Positions 51,455-60,446 of a stretch of DNA of 64,000 nucleotides are shown here, in pieces. The notes beneath the pieces were generated by a model. It ran no database searches, was not told the DNA's origin, and worked only from the letters and a program-made list of their open reading frames with translations. Position 1 is the stretch's first letter, and every line of letters starts with the position of its first letter. This stretch comes from an uncultured virus (IMG/VR IMGVR_UViG_3300043409_001074) (taxonomy: Duplodnaviria > Heunggongvirae > Uroviricota > Caudoviricetes): the IMG/VR virus record IMGVR_UViG_3300043409_001074; one strand, written 5' to 3'. The translations under genes were made by a program, and so were the position numbers.

Positions 51455-51868
51455 TTACTGAAATTCTCTACTATAGTGTGGTTTATTAAGTTCTTTAGGT
51501 TTCTTATCCTTCCACCAATTATAGACCTGAAAGATGGATAAATGCAAGGGCTTTTTCCGTTTCTTGATATTTTCTATCATATTAAACGTTCCCTTTGATT
51601 TACCATCCCATAGAATAATTGCTGCATCACAATAATCAGCCATTTCCGCATTTCTCATTGGACCGGCAGATTTACCATATTGATCCCAATCAGCAGGGAA
51701 TAATTTAATATTGATATTATTATCCCTAGCCCATTGTTCACCTAATTTATCAATACCAGTTGCGCCACCACTAACTAATTCACCAATATAAATATTGGCA
51801 CTTTTAATGGCGAATTGAACATAATATAATTCACTAATTACTCGTGATCCTGCTACTACTACTTTCAT
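51455..51868 (-). CDS. YspA/DUF2493 SLOG-family protein
   Basis: VVAGSR, VSGGATGID, FPADW..YGKSAGP.RN.EMA, WDGKSKGT..MI. Confidence 0.9.
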   Translation of the reverse strand: MKVVVAGSRVISELYYVQFAIKSANIYIGELVSGGATGIDKLGEQWARDNNINIKLFPADWDQYGKSAGPMRNAEMADYCDAAIILWDGKSKGTFNMIENIKKRKKPLHLSIFQVYNWWKDKKPKELNKPHYSREFQ

Positions 51869-51871
51869 ATT

Positions 51872-52240
51872 TTATTCCTCTCCCATTCCATAATAACATT
51901 GATTAGGAAATGTTTCATAAAAATATTTTGCATATTCCATAGCATTTTCCTCACTATGGAATAGTTTATCTTTACTTGAATATTTCAACATAAATTTGGC
52001 GGGAGATTTTACATAATAATCTATAGCAATATCATCATAATTTTTATCTCTGGTTTCTTTTACAATAGTCATTACCACTTTATGAACCAATTTTGATTTT
52101 GTTGTAGGATAAAAAATATCTTCGTTTCTATGATAGACTTTATTATCTACGATAACTGTTCTCTGGACTGTATTTCTATATACTCGTGGAACCCAAAAAA
52201 TATCACCAACATTAAATTTTGGATCAATATTAAATACCAT
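51872..52240 (-). CDS. Hypothetical protein
   Basis: KFNVGD.FW N-terminal motif, F.SEE.A near C-terminus. Confidence 0.6.
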   Translation of the reverse strand: MVFNIDPKFNVGDIFWVPRVYRNTVQRTVIVDNKVYHRNEDIFYPTTKSKLVHKVVMTIVKETRDKNYDDIAIDYYVKSPAKFMLKYSSKDKLFHSEENAMEYAKYFYETFPNQCYYGMGEE

Positions 52241-53322
52241 TACTTATCTCCATTTTTAAGCAGCCATTTATTTGAAATTGCCTTGAAGGAAATATGTGGA
52301 TTTTCCGCGCATTTGAATACCAAACCTTCACGCAACACTTTATCATTAAGTTTAGAATGACCATCAGCCAATTCCAAAATATCCCTAGAATTATAATCAG
52401 TAATATAATAATTAAGATCAATTACTGGAACACTACTCAATTCGGGATTACAATCAATAATTAACTTTCTATTGATAGCAGACAGATATTTTTGTTCATC
52501 AATATCAAAAATATCGAAAATATAAAAATGTATTCCTTTTAGATTATATGGATTGCCCTGAATACCTTCCCCAACCAATTCCCCCTGCAATGCAAAATAC
52601 ATATCCATATCCATTAGTTCATAGTTACGAAGAATTGCCTCATAATCAATACCGTTGAATGCTGCGGCTTTCCAATAAGAATTGGAGAAATCACGTTCCA
52701 AATCATAGTTACGTGAACATACACCAAACACTCCATCTTTATTGAGATAGATTGTCATACTGGAACCATCTAACTTTTCAGTTATTTCCCAAGTATAATT
52801 TTCATCTTTAATATGAGAAAATGTTCGCCCCATATTTTGAACACGAATTTGATCTGTCTTAGGAATAAAGGATGGAAAATTGCCCTTTACAATTCCACGA
52901 AGATTAGCAGAAATTTCTTTTTCCCACTTGACAATACCAAGAATATCAGTAACGTCAAAATCACCATCATTCTCTGATACTAGACGTGTCTTATGGAATG
53001 CATCAACAACATTAGGATAATTCCAATAATTGAGAATCAATCCCTGACTTAATTGTTTACGTAACATAATTGATTTTAGACGTTCGCCTTTAATTCCTTG
53101 ATATTCACGGGGAGGCTTACCTTTTGAAAGAAAGGGTGCAATTTCATTTGGAACCCATGAATCAATCTCAATATAGATACATGGATCACCAATCTTAAAT
53201 TCATCTTTCTTCACAACAATGTTCCAACCATCAACAGATGCAAGTTCAATAGCATCCGCATCGGGAATTGGATTGATATCAGTAATTTTTCTAATGGTCG
53301 CAAGTTTACGTTCAATATTCAT
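52240..53322 (-). CDS. RNA ligase, DRB0094 (Rnl5) family
   Basis: RKLATIR.I..I.PI..AD.IE, YIEIDS, SQGL, FP.FIPKTD..R.QN, TEKLDGSSMT, QGEL.G.GIQ.N.Y, EGLVFK, SFKAISN. Confidence 0.93.
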   Translation of the reverse strand: MNIERKLATIRKITDINPIPDADAIELASVDGWNIVVKKDEFKIGDPCIYIEIDSWVPNEIAPFLSKGKPPREYQGIKGERLKSIMLRKQLSQGLILNYWNYPNVVDAFHKTRLVSENDGDFDVTDILGIVKWEKEISANLRGIVKGNFPSFIPKTDQIRVQNMGRTFSHIKDENYTWEITEKLDGSSMTIYLNKDGVFGVCSRNYDLERDFSNSYWKAAAFNGIDYEAILRNYELMDMDMYFALQGELVGEGIQGNPYNLKGIHFYIFDIFDIDEQKYLSAINRKLIIDCNPELSSVPVIDLNYYITDYNSRDILELADGHSKLNDKVLREGLVFKCAENPHISFKAISNKWLLKNGDK

Positions 53323-53359
53323 ATTGATAAAAATCCTCCCTATTTGAATTATAGAAAAG

Positions 53360-53388
53360 ATTTTATCAGGATATTCAGGTTATGTCAA
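53360..53388 (-). promoter_or_regulatory. Sigma70-type early promoter for the RNA ligase operon
   Basis: TTGACA-17 nt-TAAAAT with TG extension. Confidence 0.8.
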
Positions 53389-53398
53389 GGGGATAATA

Positions 53399-54301
53399 TT
53401 AATATCTTTTAGGAGCATCATCCGCCCGTTTTCTTTTAGCTTTAGCATATGCATCCATCACTTCTGTATCAAAACCATGATCCCTAGCAACAATATGTTT
53501 ACTTCCATCTGGATGATGCCATATTCCCATATTTTCAATTTGCATTAGGTCATATGGTGGATGGCCAGTATTATTATGATAATCTAGGAATTTCTGAGTT
53601 AATGGATGTTCTTCAATTTTATCTAACTCTTTTTCTCTATTTGGCATTCTATCATAATATTTACCATTATTTCTTTGGTGTGATCTAACTAACGTATGCA
53701 CAAAATCATCATGAGAAATACCTTTTGGAAAATCCTCATTTTTAGTTAATTTTTCAAAATCTTTAGGTTTCATATTATCAGCATGACCAACCTGTGACCA
53801 TTGGTGTGTATCGTTATCATGTTTAATTAATGGTGGAAATATACCCATATTTTTATTAGATTTAAAATGTCCGGGGCGTTCAGAATGTTCTCTTAACATT
53901 CTATATGTTGCATTAGTAAAACTATCACCAGCCTCGGCCTTATTTTGCATGGCACCTAAACTGTGCCCATCATAGGACTCTCTACTATGATGTTTATCTA
54001 AATCAGCAGTTATGGCTACCTTAGTCCCTATTCTGAGGTTAGTTGGTTGTCCATCTAGTATCACCTGAGTAGGTTCATCATGCTTTAGATAGGCTCTAGA
54101 CGATCCCTTGGGCATGTTTCCCTCAATGCCTGTCTTTTCCCCAGCCTTGGTTAAATCCTGGATTTTCTTACTAAGTAACGTCTGTTTTTTAGTATCTCTA
54201 GGATTTATACCGCGCGGAGACTCAATAATTTTTTGTAATTCTGGATGTAATTCTTCTAGTATTAGATTACTAATGAAGTCCTTAAAATTTCTAATAATCA
54301 T
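53399..54301 (-). CDS. Protein-kinase-like fold protein with capsid-targeting-like N-terminus
   Basis: GSSRAY, KVA, QNKAE, DLMQIEN, RDHG in kinase order; N-terminus MIIRNFKDFISNLILEE; TATAAATA at 54331-54338. Confidence 0.65.
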   Translation of the reverse strand: MIIRNFKDFISNLILEELHPELQKIIESPRGINPRDTKKQTLLSKKIQDLTKAGEKTGIEGNMPKGSSRAYLKHDEPTQVILDGQPTNLRIGTKVAITADLDKHHSRESYDGHSLGAMQNKAEAGDSFTNATYRMLREHSERPGHFKSNKNMGIFPPLIKHDNDTHQWSQVGHADNMKPKDFEKLTKNEDFPKGISHDDFVHTLVRSHQRNNGKYYDRMPNREKELDKIEEHPLTQKFLDYHNNTGHPPYDLMQIENMGIWHHPDGSKHIVARDHGFDTEVMDAYAKAKRKRADDAPKRY

Positions 54302-54330
54302 AAATGAGTTCCTATTTATCTATTTTATTA

Positions 54331-54338
54331 TATTTATA
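54331..54338 (-). promoter_or_regulatory. T4-type late promoter TATAAATA
   Basis: Exact consensus about 30 nt upstream of the 54301 start. Confidence 0.7.
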
Positions 54339-54966
54339 TGATTTTATCTTTTAAATAAAAAATCCACCACCAAATTAGATTATTTCTAATCCTTTCTGAT
54401 GATGGACTCTAGTAATTTTTATTTAAGTAATTTAATCTGGATGACTAATGATATGTCCATTTCCTGTATACTTAAATTCAACCTTCAATTTAGACTTAGA
54501 TACCAAGTCTTCATTCTTTTCCTTAATCTTTAGATCGTAATATGCCCAGGCGCAATCTTCATTCATAAAATCCGCCTTATCAATTACCTTTGTGCGCCCA
54601 AATACCGAATCGTAAATAATTACTTCATACATAACAATTCTCCATTGATAAAGTTGATTTATAGATTAATGAATTATAGTTCCTTAGTTACCAGAAGTAT
54701 AGAGGACTACAATAACTGAATCCTAGATGAATGTCAAGGAGTATAATTCCAGAGTAAATATTGAACACCACCACTCACTCCAATAATACATGCTACTATA
54801 CCTATAATAGTATAAAGAAACATCCTTTTCATTTTACTATTTTTAATTAATTCACCAACAATAACGTATACTACACTCCATGTAAATGAAATTAGTAATA
54901 CACTAATAATAAATGTAATCATTTATAATTTCCTATTCTAATTTTACTCTAATTTTACTCTAATTA

Positions 54967-55362
54967 TTACTCTAATTCAGATAAGTATTCAATTCTGCCA
55001 TCATTATGAAAATAAATAATATCTCCATTATCATCATTCCGAAACTTAGTATATTCTAATTCAATTCCAGCATGATCAATCATGGGAGTAATGATAATAT
55101 CATAATCTTTAGTTGTATAATAATTTTCATCAATCCACTTTTGGCAATTATTGGCGGCAACATGATTAGGAATTGATGAAGTATGTTCCTTTGAATACCA
55201 ATTCTTATCAAGATTAGTCAATTCAATCAATCTTTGTGTGTATTTTTCTGTATCTGGATTATGGCACATGATTAAATCTCCAATATAAATTTCCTTATTT
55301 ATCAATAATGATATAGAGCAACGAAAACATACAAGATCATTACCATAATAGTAATGACCCAT
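54967..55362 (-). CDS. Hypothetical protein (start uncertain)
   Basis: ORF in a tightly packed minus-strand early operon. Confidence 0.45.
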   Translation of the reverse strand: MGHYYYGNDLVCFRCSISLLINKEIYIGDLIMCHNPDTEKYTQRLIELTNLDKNWYSKEHTSSIPNHVAANNCQKWIDENYYTTKDYDIIITPMIDHAGIELEYTKFRNDDNGDIIYFHNDGRIEYLSELE

Positions 55363-55484
55363 TTATACTCTGTAGGAAGGTCTTTATCGAACCATGAAAA
55401 TACAGCGAAATATCCTATGAATGCCAGAATAGCAAATCCAATTAACGATAGAATCCCAGAACCAATAAGGGCTAGAATTTCCAT
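55302..55484 (-). CDS. Small two-TM membrane protein
   Basis: AAGGA RBS; two hydrophobic helices. Confidence 0.6.
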   Translation of the reverse strand: MEILALIGSGILSLIGFAILAFIGYFAVFSWFDKDLPTEYKWVITIMVMILYVFVALYHY

Positions 55485-55485
55485 A

Positions 55486-55641
55486 TCAAATATCCTTATT
55501 AATATTCTTACGGGAATAGACTTTCTTACTCTTAATGACCTTATTCTTATAGAGAGAATTACAGCACAACTCCCGCGCCATAGGATTGCGCCTAGTAGAA
55601 GTGTCTTTATATGTGAGTCGTAGTATGACTGACTTACTCAT
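55486..55641 (-). CDS. ArfA-like basic small protein, 51 aa, absent from ORF track
   Basis: MSKSVILRLTYKDTSTRRNPMARELCCNSLYKNKVIKSKKVYSRKNINKDI; AGGGA RBS; first gene after a promoter. Confidence 0.6.
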   Translation of the reverse strand: MSKSVILRLTYKDTSTRRNPMARELCCNSLYKNKVIKSKKVYSRKNINKDI

Positions 55642-55678
55642 TGTATTTCCCTATACATCATCCGTTTTCGATTTAGAC

Positions 55679-55707
55679 AATATATAGGGAAATCAATGGT
55701 CCGTCAA
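55679..55707 (-). promoter_or_regulatory. Sigma70-type early promoter
   Basis: TTGACG-17 nt-TATATT. Confidence 0.75.
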
Positions 55708-55722
55708 GATGGAAAGATTAAT

Positions 55723-56607
55723 TTAAAATCCTCTGCAAAGATGAGAAAGAAATTGGGAATCATCAATTAAATCGGCATCTTTAACTAATGTATATAAAGA
55801 TGAATAATTCCATTCACAATCCCTGAAATATCTTCCATCCTGATCATCATCAAATCTTTCGATTGCATTTTCAACTGATACTAATATTTCATTATCGGTA
55901 TTACTTTCAATATGCGATAAAAATTCGGCTAAGGCGTCTTCTACTTCACCACAACCATCATTCCAATCCACTCTAACATTTTCCATGGCAATAGCTAGAT
56001 TTAAATATTTATCCTTACTTCTAATATGACTAAGAATGTCATATTTTGTAGAGTCATCCGGTAATTCATATTTAATAATTAAACGCAATAATTTTAGTTC
56101 AGTTTCTCTCTTGACTTGTGCATTCTTTGTATCACGTTCATTTTCCTCAATGTTAGATTTTACTTCTTTTTCGGCATTTTCAATAACTTTAATCGCATTG
56201 TCGTATGTATATTTGGCATTTTCATATCCATCATATGTCATATAAATCTTATTAATATCTTCAATATATCCAGAATTTTTAACAATTGATTTGGGAAATC
56301 TGGCCCGGCTCTTAGGATCAGGAATTCTATAAGTTCTTCCCACTCCTAGAAAATTCATCATGTCATGAATAATCTTATAATTATTAATATTAAATTTAAT
56401 ATTAACATTATTCATAATATGAATTTCATTATCTAATTTCCAGGCAGCTTCTAATGCATCCCTGGCAGCCTTAATATGATTAAGAGTAATTTCTGATTGC
56501 CAACTTGCTAGATGATATCTAGGATTACTCTTAGCCTTTGCAGTATTATCACACTTAGTAATTGGTCTAAATTTTTCAATTACTACACAGAGATGTTCTA
56601 AATTCAT
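55723..56607 (-). CDS. Hypothetical protein (294 aa)
   Basis: Long ORF with helical middle and DKYL.LA.AM..VR.DW.DG...DQDGR.FRDC.WNY C-terminal domain. Confidence 0.75.
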   Translation of the reverse strand: MNLEHLCVVIEKFRPITKCDNTAKAKSNPRYHLASWQSEITLNHIKAARDALEAAWKLDNEIHIMNNVNIKFNINNYKIIHDMMNFLGVGRTYRIPDPKSRARFPKSIVKNSGYIEDINKIYMTYDGYENAKYTYDNAIKVIENAEKEVKSNIEENERDTKNAQVKRETELKLLRLIIKYELPDDSTKYDILSHIRSKDKYLNLAIAMENVRVDWNDGCGEVEDALAEFLSHIESNTDNEILVSVENAIERFDDDQDGRYFRDCEWNYSSLYTLVKDADLIDDSQFLSHLCRGF

Positions 56608-56767
56608 AGTTAGTTCTCATAAATAAATTGATGTGGTCTATAGTTATTGCATTTCCAATTGAATTTCATAAAATAGTTAAAGGCAAGGGTATATTTAAGA
56701 GAAGAATGAGATTTACTATATCTCTTAAACTTACCCCTACCAATACTATTTAAACAATTGTTTATGA

Positions 56768-57064
56768 TCATGCGGTTCCCATGGAGAGTGCCTTTAGAGC
56801 GGCATGGAATTCCCCTGGATTACGCCCAGCATTACCCTGAAACTGTGAATATAGGGCAGCACGGGTAGCCACATTGCGAAGATACTGCGCCTTCTTCTTA
56901 TCCTTGTTCTTCCGATGGGAAGTTCCATTGTCATTATCAGGAGTAAAATTACGATGCTTAATCCCAACCTTCTGCCGGGAATTATGCCTATTAACTGGCG
57001 TTGTGGGTTCTACATCAACAACGTCATTGACAGTTGTATTAATATTGTTATTGCTATTGCTCAT
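56768..57064 (-). CDS. Basic hypothetical protein
   Basis: AGGAG RBS; K/R-rich middle. Confidence 0.65.
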   Translation of the reverse strand: MSNSNNNINTTVNDVVDVEPTTPVNRHNSRQKVGIKHRNFTPDNDNGTSHRKNKDKKKAQYLRNVATRAALYSQFQGNAGRNPGEFHAALKALSMGTA

Positions 57065-57088
57065 TATATAATCTCCTATATGATTAAA

Positions 57089-57241
57089 TTAAACTTTACT
57101 GTTTAATACTGTTTCTAGATATTTAACATCATTACGTAGATTCTCGACTTCATCCCTAAGAGCAATCATTACCCTATCTTCGGAACGATTCGCAACCTGA
57201 ACATATTTATTAACCCATTCCATTGCTTCATCAGCCGTCAT
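57089..57241 (-). CDS. Small coiled-coil protein, 50 aa, absent from ORF track
   Basis: MTADEAMEWVNKY...ALRDEVENLR...; AAGGA RBS. Confidence 0.55.
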   Translation of the reverse strand: MTADEAMEWVNKYVQVANRSEDRVMIALRDEVENLRNDVKYLETVLNSKV

Positions 57242-57258
57242 TTAATTATTCCTTATTA

Positions 57259-57792
57259 TTAAGGATATTTTACCAGAAATTTTGTTTCGCCATTGTCAAC
57301 AAGATATTGAATACGATCAATTACATTACTAGCACCCCTATGGAATATTCCATAGTGTCCACCATAGAAGAGTCTCATTGATGTAGGTTGGCTAATATCG
57401 AAAAATTTTTCCCCAGCATTAAAATCCTGATGATTTCCATATTCAATATAGAAATCTACCAAATCATACTTACCATGTGGATTTTCAATAAGCAATTTAA
57501 TTAGATTATTCATATCATCATTATCTTTAATGATAAAATCAACGTTATGTTGTGTATCTGCGCCATCATAATTTTCATTAAATGGAACAGTTGCAACTAA
57601 ATGCAATCCCAATTCACTGAAACGCGGGTCCAATGCAGCATACCCCATTGCACAGGCTGTAGTGCCACAAATAGGATCGTTATTTTCAATATTATTTGAA
57701 ATATCAGCCCAATGACTAATATCAAATTCCTTGTGTTCCCTCTGGACGTTTTCAAGAATATCAATTAGAATATTCAATCTCTCAATATTCAT
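57259..57792 (-). CDS. CGTTAC-motif hypothetical protein, paralogue A
   Basis: MNIERL..LI..LENV, F...HW, CGTTAC.MGYAALDP.F..LGL. Confidence 0.8.
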   Translation of the reverse strand: MNIERLNILIDILENVQREHKEFDISHWADISNNIENNDPICGTTACAMGYAALDPRFSELGLHLVATVPFNENYDGADTQHNVDFIIKDNDDMNNLIKLLIENPHGKYDLVDFYIEYGNHQDFNAGEKFFDISQPTSMRLFYGGHYGIFHRGASNVIDRIQYLVDNGETKFLVKYP

Positions 57793-57833
57793 TATTTGCT
57801 CCTATTTCATTAATATAAATGATTATTACATTA

Positions 57834-58361
57834 TTATATTTTAATTCTATTTTTATATCTACGATCTTCATCCATTTTATCATGTTCTTCATCATGACAA
57901 TTTGAACATAAGAGATCACACTTATCTAATTCTATTTGAATTTTTTTCCATGCACGGCAATGACTATCCCCGATACCAAAATCTTTCTCTCGTGGGTCCC
58001 TATGATGAAAAACTAACGCTCGTAGACTTTTATTATAGCCACATTTTACACAAAAACCACCTTTATAGTTAACTGCCTTTTCTTTAATTCTAATTCTAGA
58101 ACCTCTACGATAGCATGAAGCACATTTAGTAGTTCTATTTCCAGCTTTTCTATTGTAAACGAATGAGTTGCCGCATTCTTGGCATGTTGATATTTCTTCG
58201 CCTAATTGTAAAGCCCATGGATTATGTAGTTTACGACGATTTTTTAACCCAAATGGGGAACATGAAAGACAATATTTTCTTTTACATAGATTATGTAATT
58301 TTCCATCAGGAGTTTTATGATAAGTTGGAAAATTTCTATCACATTTTAAACAGTTTGGCAT
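57834..58361 (-). mobile_element. HNH endonuclease with N-terminal zinc fingers
   Basis: KGG.C.KCGY......L.FHH.DP..K.F.I ... ELDKC.LLCSNCH.EEH. Confidence 0.9.
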
Positions 58362-58370
58362 AATAACTCC

Positions 58371-58416
58371 GATTTATAGTTTATAATTGTATATATTACA
58401 TTATAAACTATAAATC
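58371..58416. promoter_or_regulatory. Perfect 17-bp hairpin abutting the HNH ribosome-binding site
   Basis: GATTTATAGTTTATAAT / ATTATAAACTATAAATC with 12-nt loop; GGAG RBS at 58367-58370 on minus strand. Confidence 0.8.
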
Positions 58417-58472
58417 TTAGTTACATTAAACTATGCCATTCTACCATTAAACTATAGGCCATTAATCATTAT

Positions 58473-59033
58473 TTATGCGTATTGTTCATACTTTTTATAA
58501 AACTTATCTTCTCCATTGGCAATAAGATATTGAATACGCTGAATTACGCGCCGAGGGCCACTGTTGTTTGATGAATATGCACCAGGACTGAACAACAAAT
58601 CGGCTGTTTCATAACAAATATCGAAAAAATATTGTCCCGCCCTATATCCTTCGCCATACTTCTTATCCATATCATAAATAACTTCAAATGACTGATTACT
58701 GATATTTTCTGTAATAGAATTACAAATTTTATTCATACGCATAATTTCTTCATTGAATGTATTAATACTGGCAACCCTCTTGTGAACATATGAATAGAAC
58801 AAATCACTATTATCAATATTAGATGTAATAACATAGTCAATTTCCAGTTTTAGTCCCATCGTATTAAACTTTGGGTCCAATGCAGCATAACCTAATACAC
58901 ATGCCGTAGTGCCACATGCAGGGTTCTTTTCCTTTAGATTAACCGAAACCCAATGATCTAAACTAAACTTCTTCTTTGCCGCAATGACATTTTCCAGAAC
59001 AGTAATTAGATGAGTGAGACGATCAATATTCAT
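58473..59033 (-). CDS. CGTTAC-motif hypothetical protein, paralogue B
   Basis: MNIDRL..LI..LENV, F...HW, CGTTAC.LGYAALDP.F...GL, VI.RIQYL..NGE.KF shared with paralogue A. Confidence 0.8.
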   Translation of the reverse strand: MNIDRLTHLITVLENVIAAKKKFSLDHWVSVNLKEKNPACGTTACVLGYAALDPKFNTMGLKLEIDYVITSNIDNSDLFYSYVHKRVASINTFNEEIMRMNKICNSITENISNQSFEVIYDMDKKYGEGYRAGQYFFDICYETADLLFSPGAYSSNNSGPRRVIQRIQYLIANGEDKFYKKYEQYA

Positions 59034-59045
59034 AATACATTATTC

Positions 59046-59228
59046 CTACATTGCAACCAATCGGCCATTAGAATCTACTGCGCGCAATGGATCACTGGAA
59101 TTACGCTTCAGTTGATCCAAATCCTGCTGAATACTACCAATCATTCCAGAGGAAATCTGTTGCCAATATCCATTAATACAGACTTCAATGTAGGCAATAC
59201 CGTTATAATCATTCATATTTCTATTCAT
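59046..59228 (-). CDS. Small hypothetical protein
   Basis: NG.W...LRAVDS.GRLV motif; first gene after promoter 59262-59290. Confidence 0.6.
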   Translation of the reverse strand: MNRNMNDYNGIAYIEVCINGYWQQISSGMIGSIQQDLDQLKRNSSDPLRAVDSNGRLVAM

Positions 59229-59261
59229 CAGACTTGGTATCCTTTATCATTCTATGATCAG

Positions 59262-59290
59262 AGTATACTATTAGCAGATATCAGAGTCAA
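59262..59290 (-). promoter_or_regulatory. Sigma70-type early promoter
   Basis: TTGACT-17 nt-TATACT. Confidence 0.8.
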
Positions 59291-59322
59291 TCACAATGTT
59301 TCAAGTTAATATCCTCTATAAA

Positions 59323-59799
59323 TTATTTAACTGCTTTACCACCATGATGATAGTATACCTGAATTATATCAGATAGTGGAAGATATTTTCCATCTTTAAT
59401 CAAAGTAAATAAAATATTTTTAATAGTATCGCTAGAACATTTCACAGCCATATTATTAAATTCAGATATATTCTTGATAGTTGGGTGGAAATATCCATAT
59501 TTATCAAAACACTTCTGAATTTTCTTTTGTGTATAATAAATGTCATTCCACACAAGAGAATATTCAGTTACGACACAACATGAGAATAATTCATTAACTG
59601 ATAGCCATTCGGGTTTTGACATAATAAGTTTCTTAATAATTTCGATATTCCAACTATTAGAAATATCATGATAAATACTCATATTATCGCGCTTACGAAT
59701 ATAGAAATAATGATCATCCATATTAAAATCTAGTTTCTCAGTCCAGATTCCACAATTATTACAAATATCTCGTAGAATTTCCATACTGATTCTATTCAT
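59323..59799 (-). CDS. Hypothetical protein
   Basis: ORF in operon, overlaps upstream stop. Confidence 0.6.
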   Translation of the reverse strand: MNRISMEILRDICNNCGIWTEKLDFNMDDHYFYIRKRDNMSIYHDISNSWNIEIIKKLIMSKPEWLSVNELFSCCVVTEYSLVWNDIYYTQKKIQKCFDKYGYFHPTIKNISEFNNMAVKCSSDTIKNILFTLIKDGKYLPLSDIIQVYYHHGGKAVK

Positions 59800-60019
59800 T
59801 ATTCATATCCTTATTGCTCATGATTTTATCATTCAAAATTTGTTCTTCTGGCTTCAGTGAGAGTATTGTAAGAGCATATAGCAATGATAGCGCGATTACG
59901 ATAGCCATAAGAAAAATTACTACTCCTATAGCTAGACCAAAGTAATTAAGAACATATAGGATGATAATTAACGTAAACGTTCCTAATGCTTTTCCAAAGT
60001 TCTTAGAGAAGTTCCTCAT
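59792..60019 (-). CDS. Small two-TM membrane protein
   Basis: Hydrophobic segments; AGGA RBS. Confidence 0.6.
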   Translation of the reverse strand: MRNFSKNFGKALGTFTLIIILYVLNYFGLAIGVVIFLMAIVIALSLLYALTILSLKPEEQILNDKIMSNKDMNNE

Positions 60020-60033
60020 TATAATTATTCCTA

Positions 60034-60414
60034 TTACACATTAAATTCACATTCAAATGGTTCTTCAGGAAATTCATCAACATCAACAAAATCCTTTTGT
60101 TTTTCTAGTGGAACATGATAAATTCTACCACTGAATTTATCCTGAATACAAAACGATTCAAATTGTTCATTATCCCAATCTGATCCACCGAAACAATCAT
60201 TCAAATGTCCTGTATTTCCAACAAAAACCAAATTATCAGCAATAAACGCCTTTCCTTTTGGAACACAAACAAAATATCGCGTTGATTTTTCTAGACCTTC
60301 CAAAAATTCCATTACCAAACCCCAATTATTTAATACATAATCAAGATCACTTTCCATATAGCCATTGGGATTATCATCATCCAATAACCGGCGGGGCTTG
60401 AATGTATTCTTCAT
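60034..60414 (-). CDS. Hypothetical acidic protein
   Basis: ORF with AAGGA RBS. Confidence 0.6.
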   Translation of the reverse strand: MKNTFKPRRLLDDDNPNGYMESDLDYVLNNWGLVMEFLEGLEKSTRYFVCVPKGKAFIADNLVFVGNTGHLNDCFGGSDWDNEQFESFCIQDKFSGRIYHVPLEKQKDFVDVDEFPEEPFECEFNV

Positions 60415-60446
60415 AATATAAATCCTTAGTTATGAGTTATGTATTA

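Noticed and set aside
54935..54978. Short tandem repeat TTACTCTAAT(T) as a regulatory iteron
   Set aside because: Looks like slippage duplication of a stop-codon region; not seen elsewhere in the window
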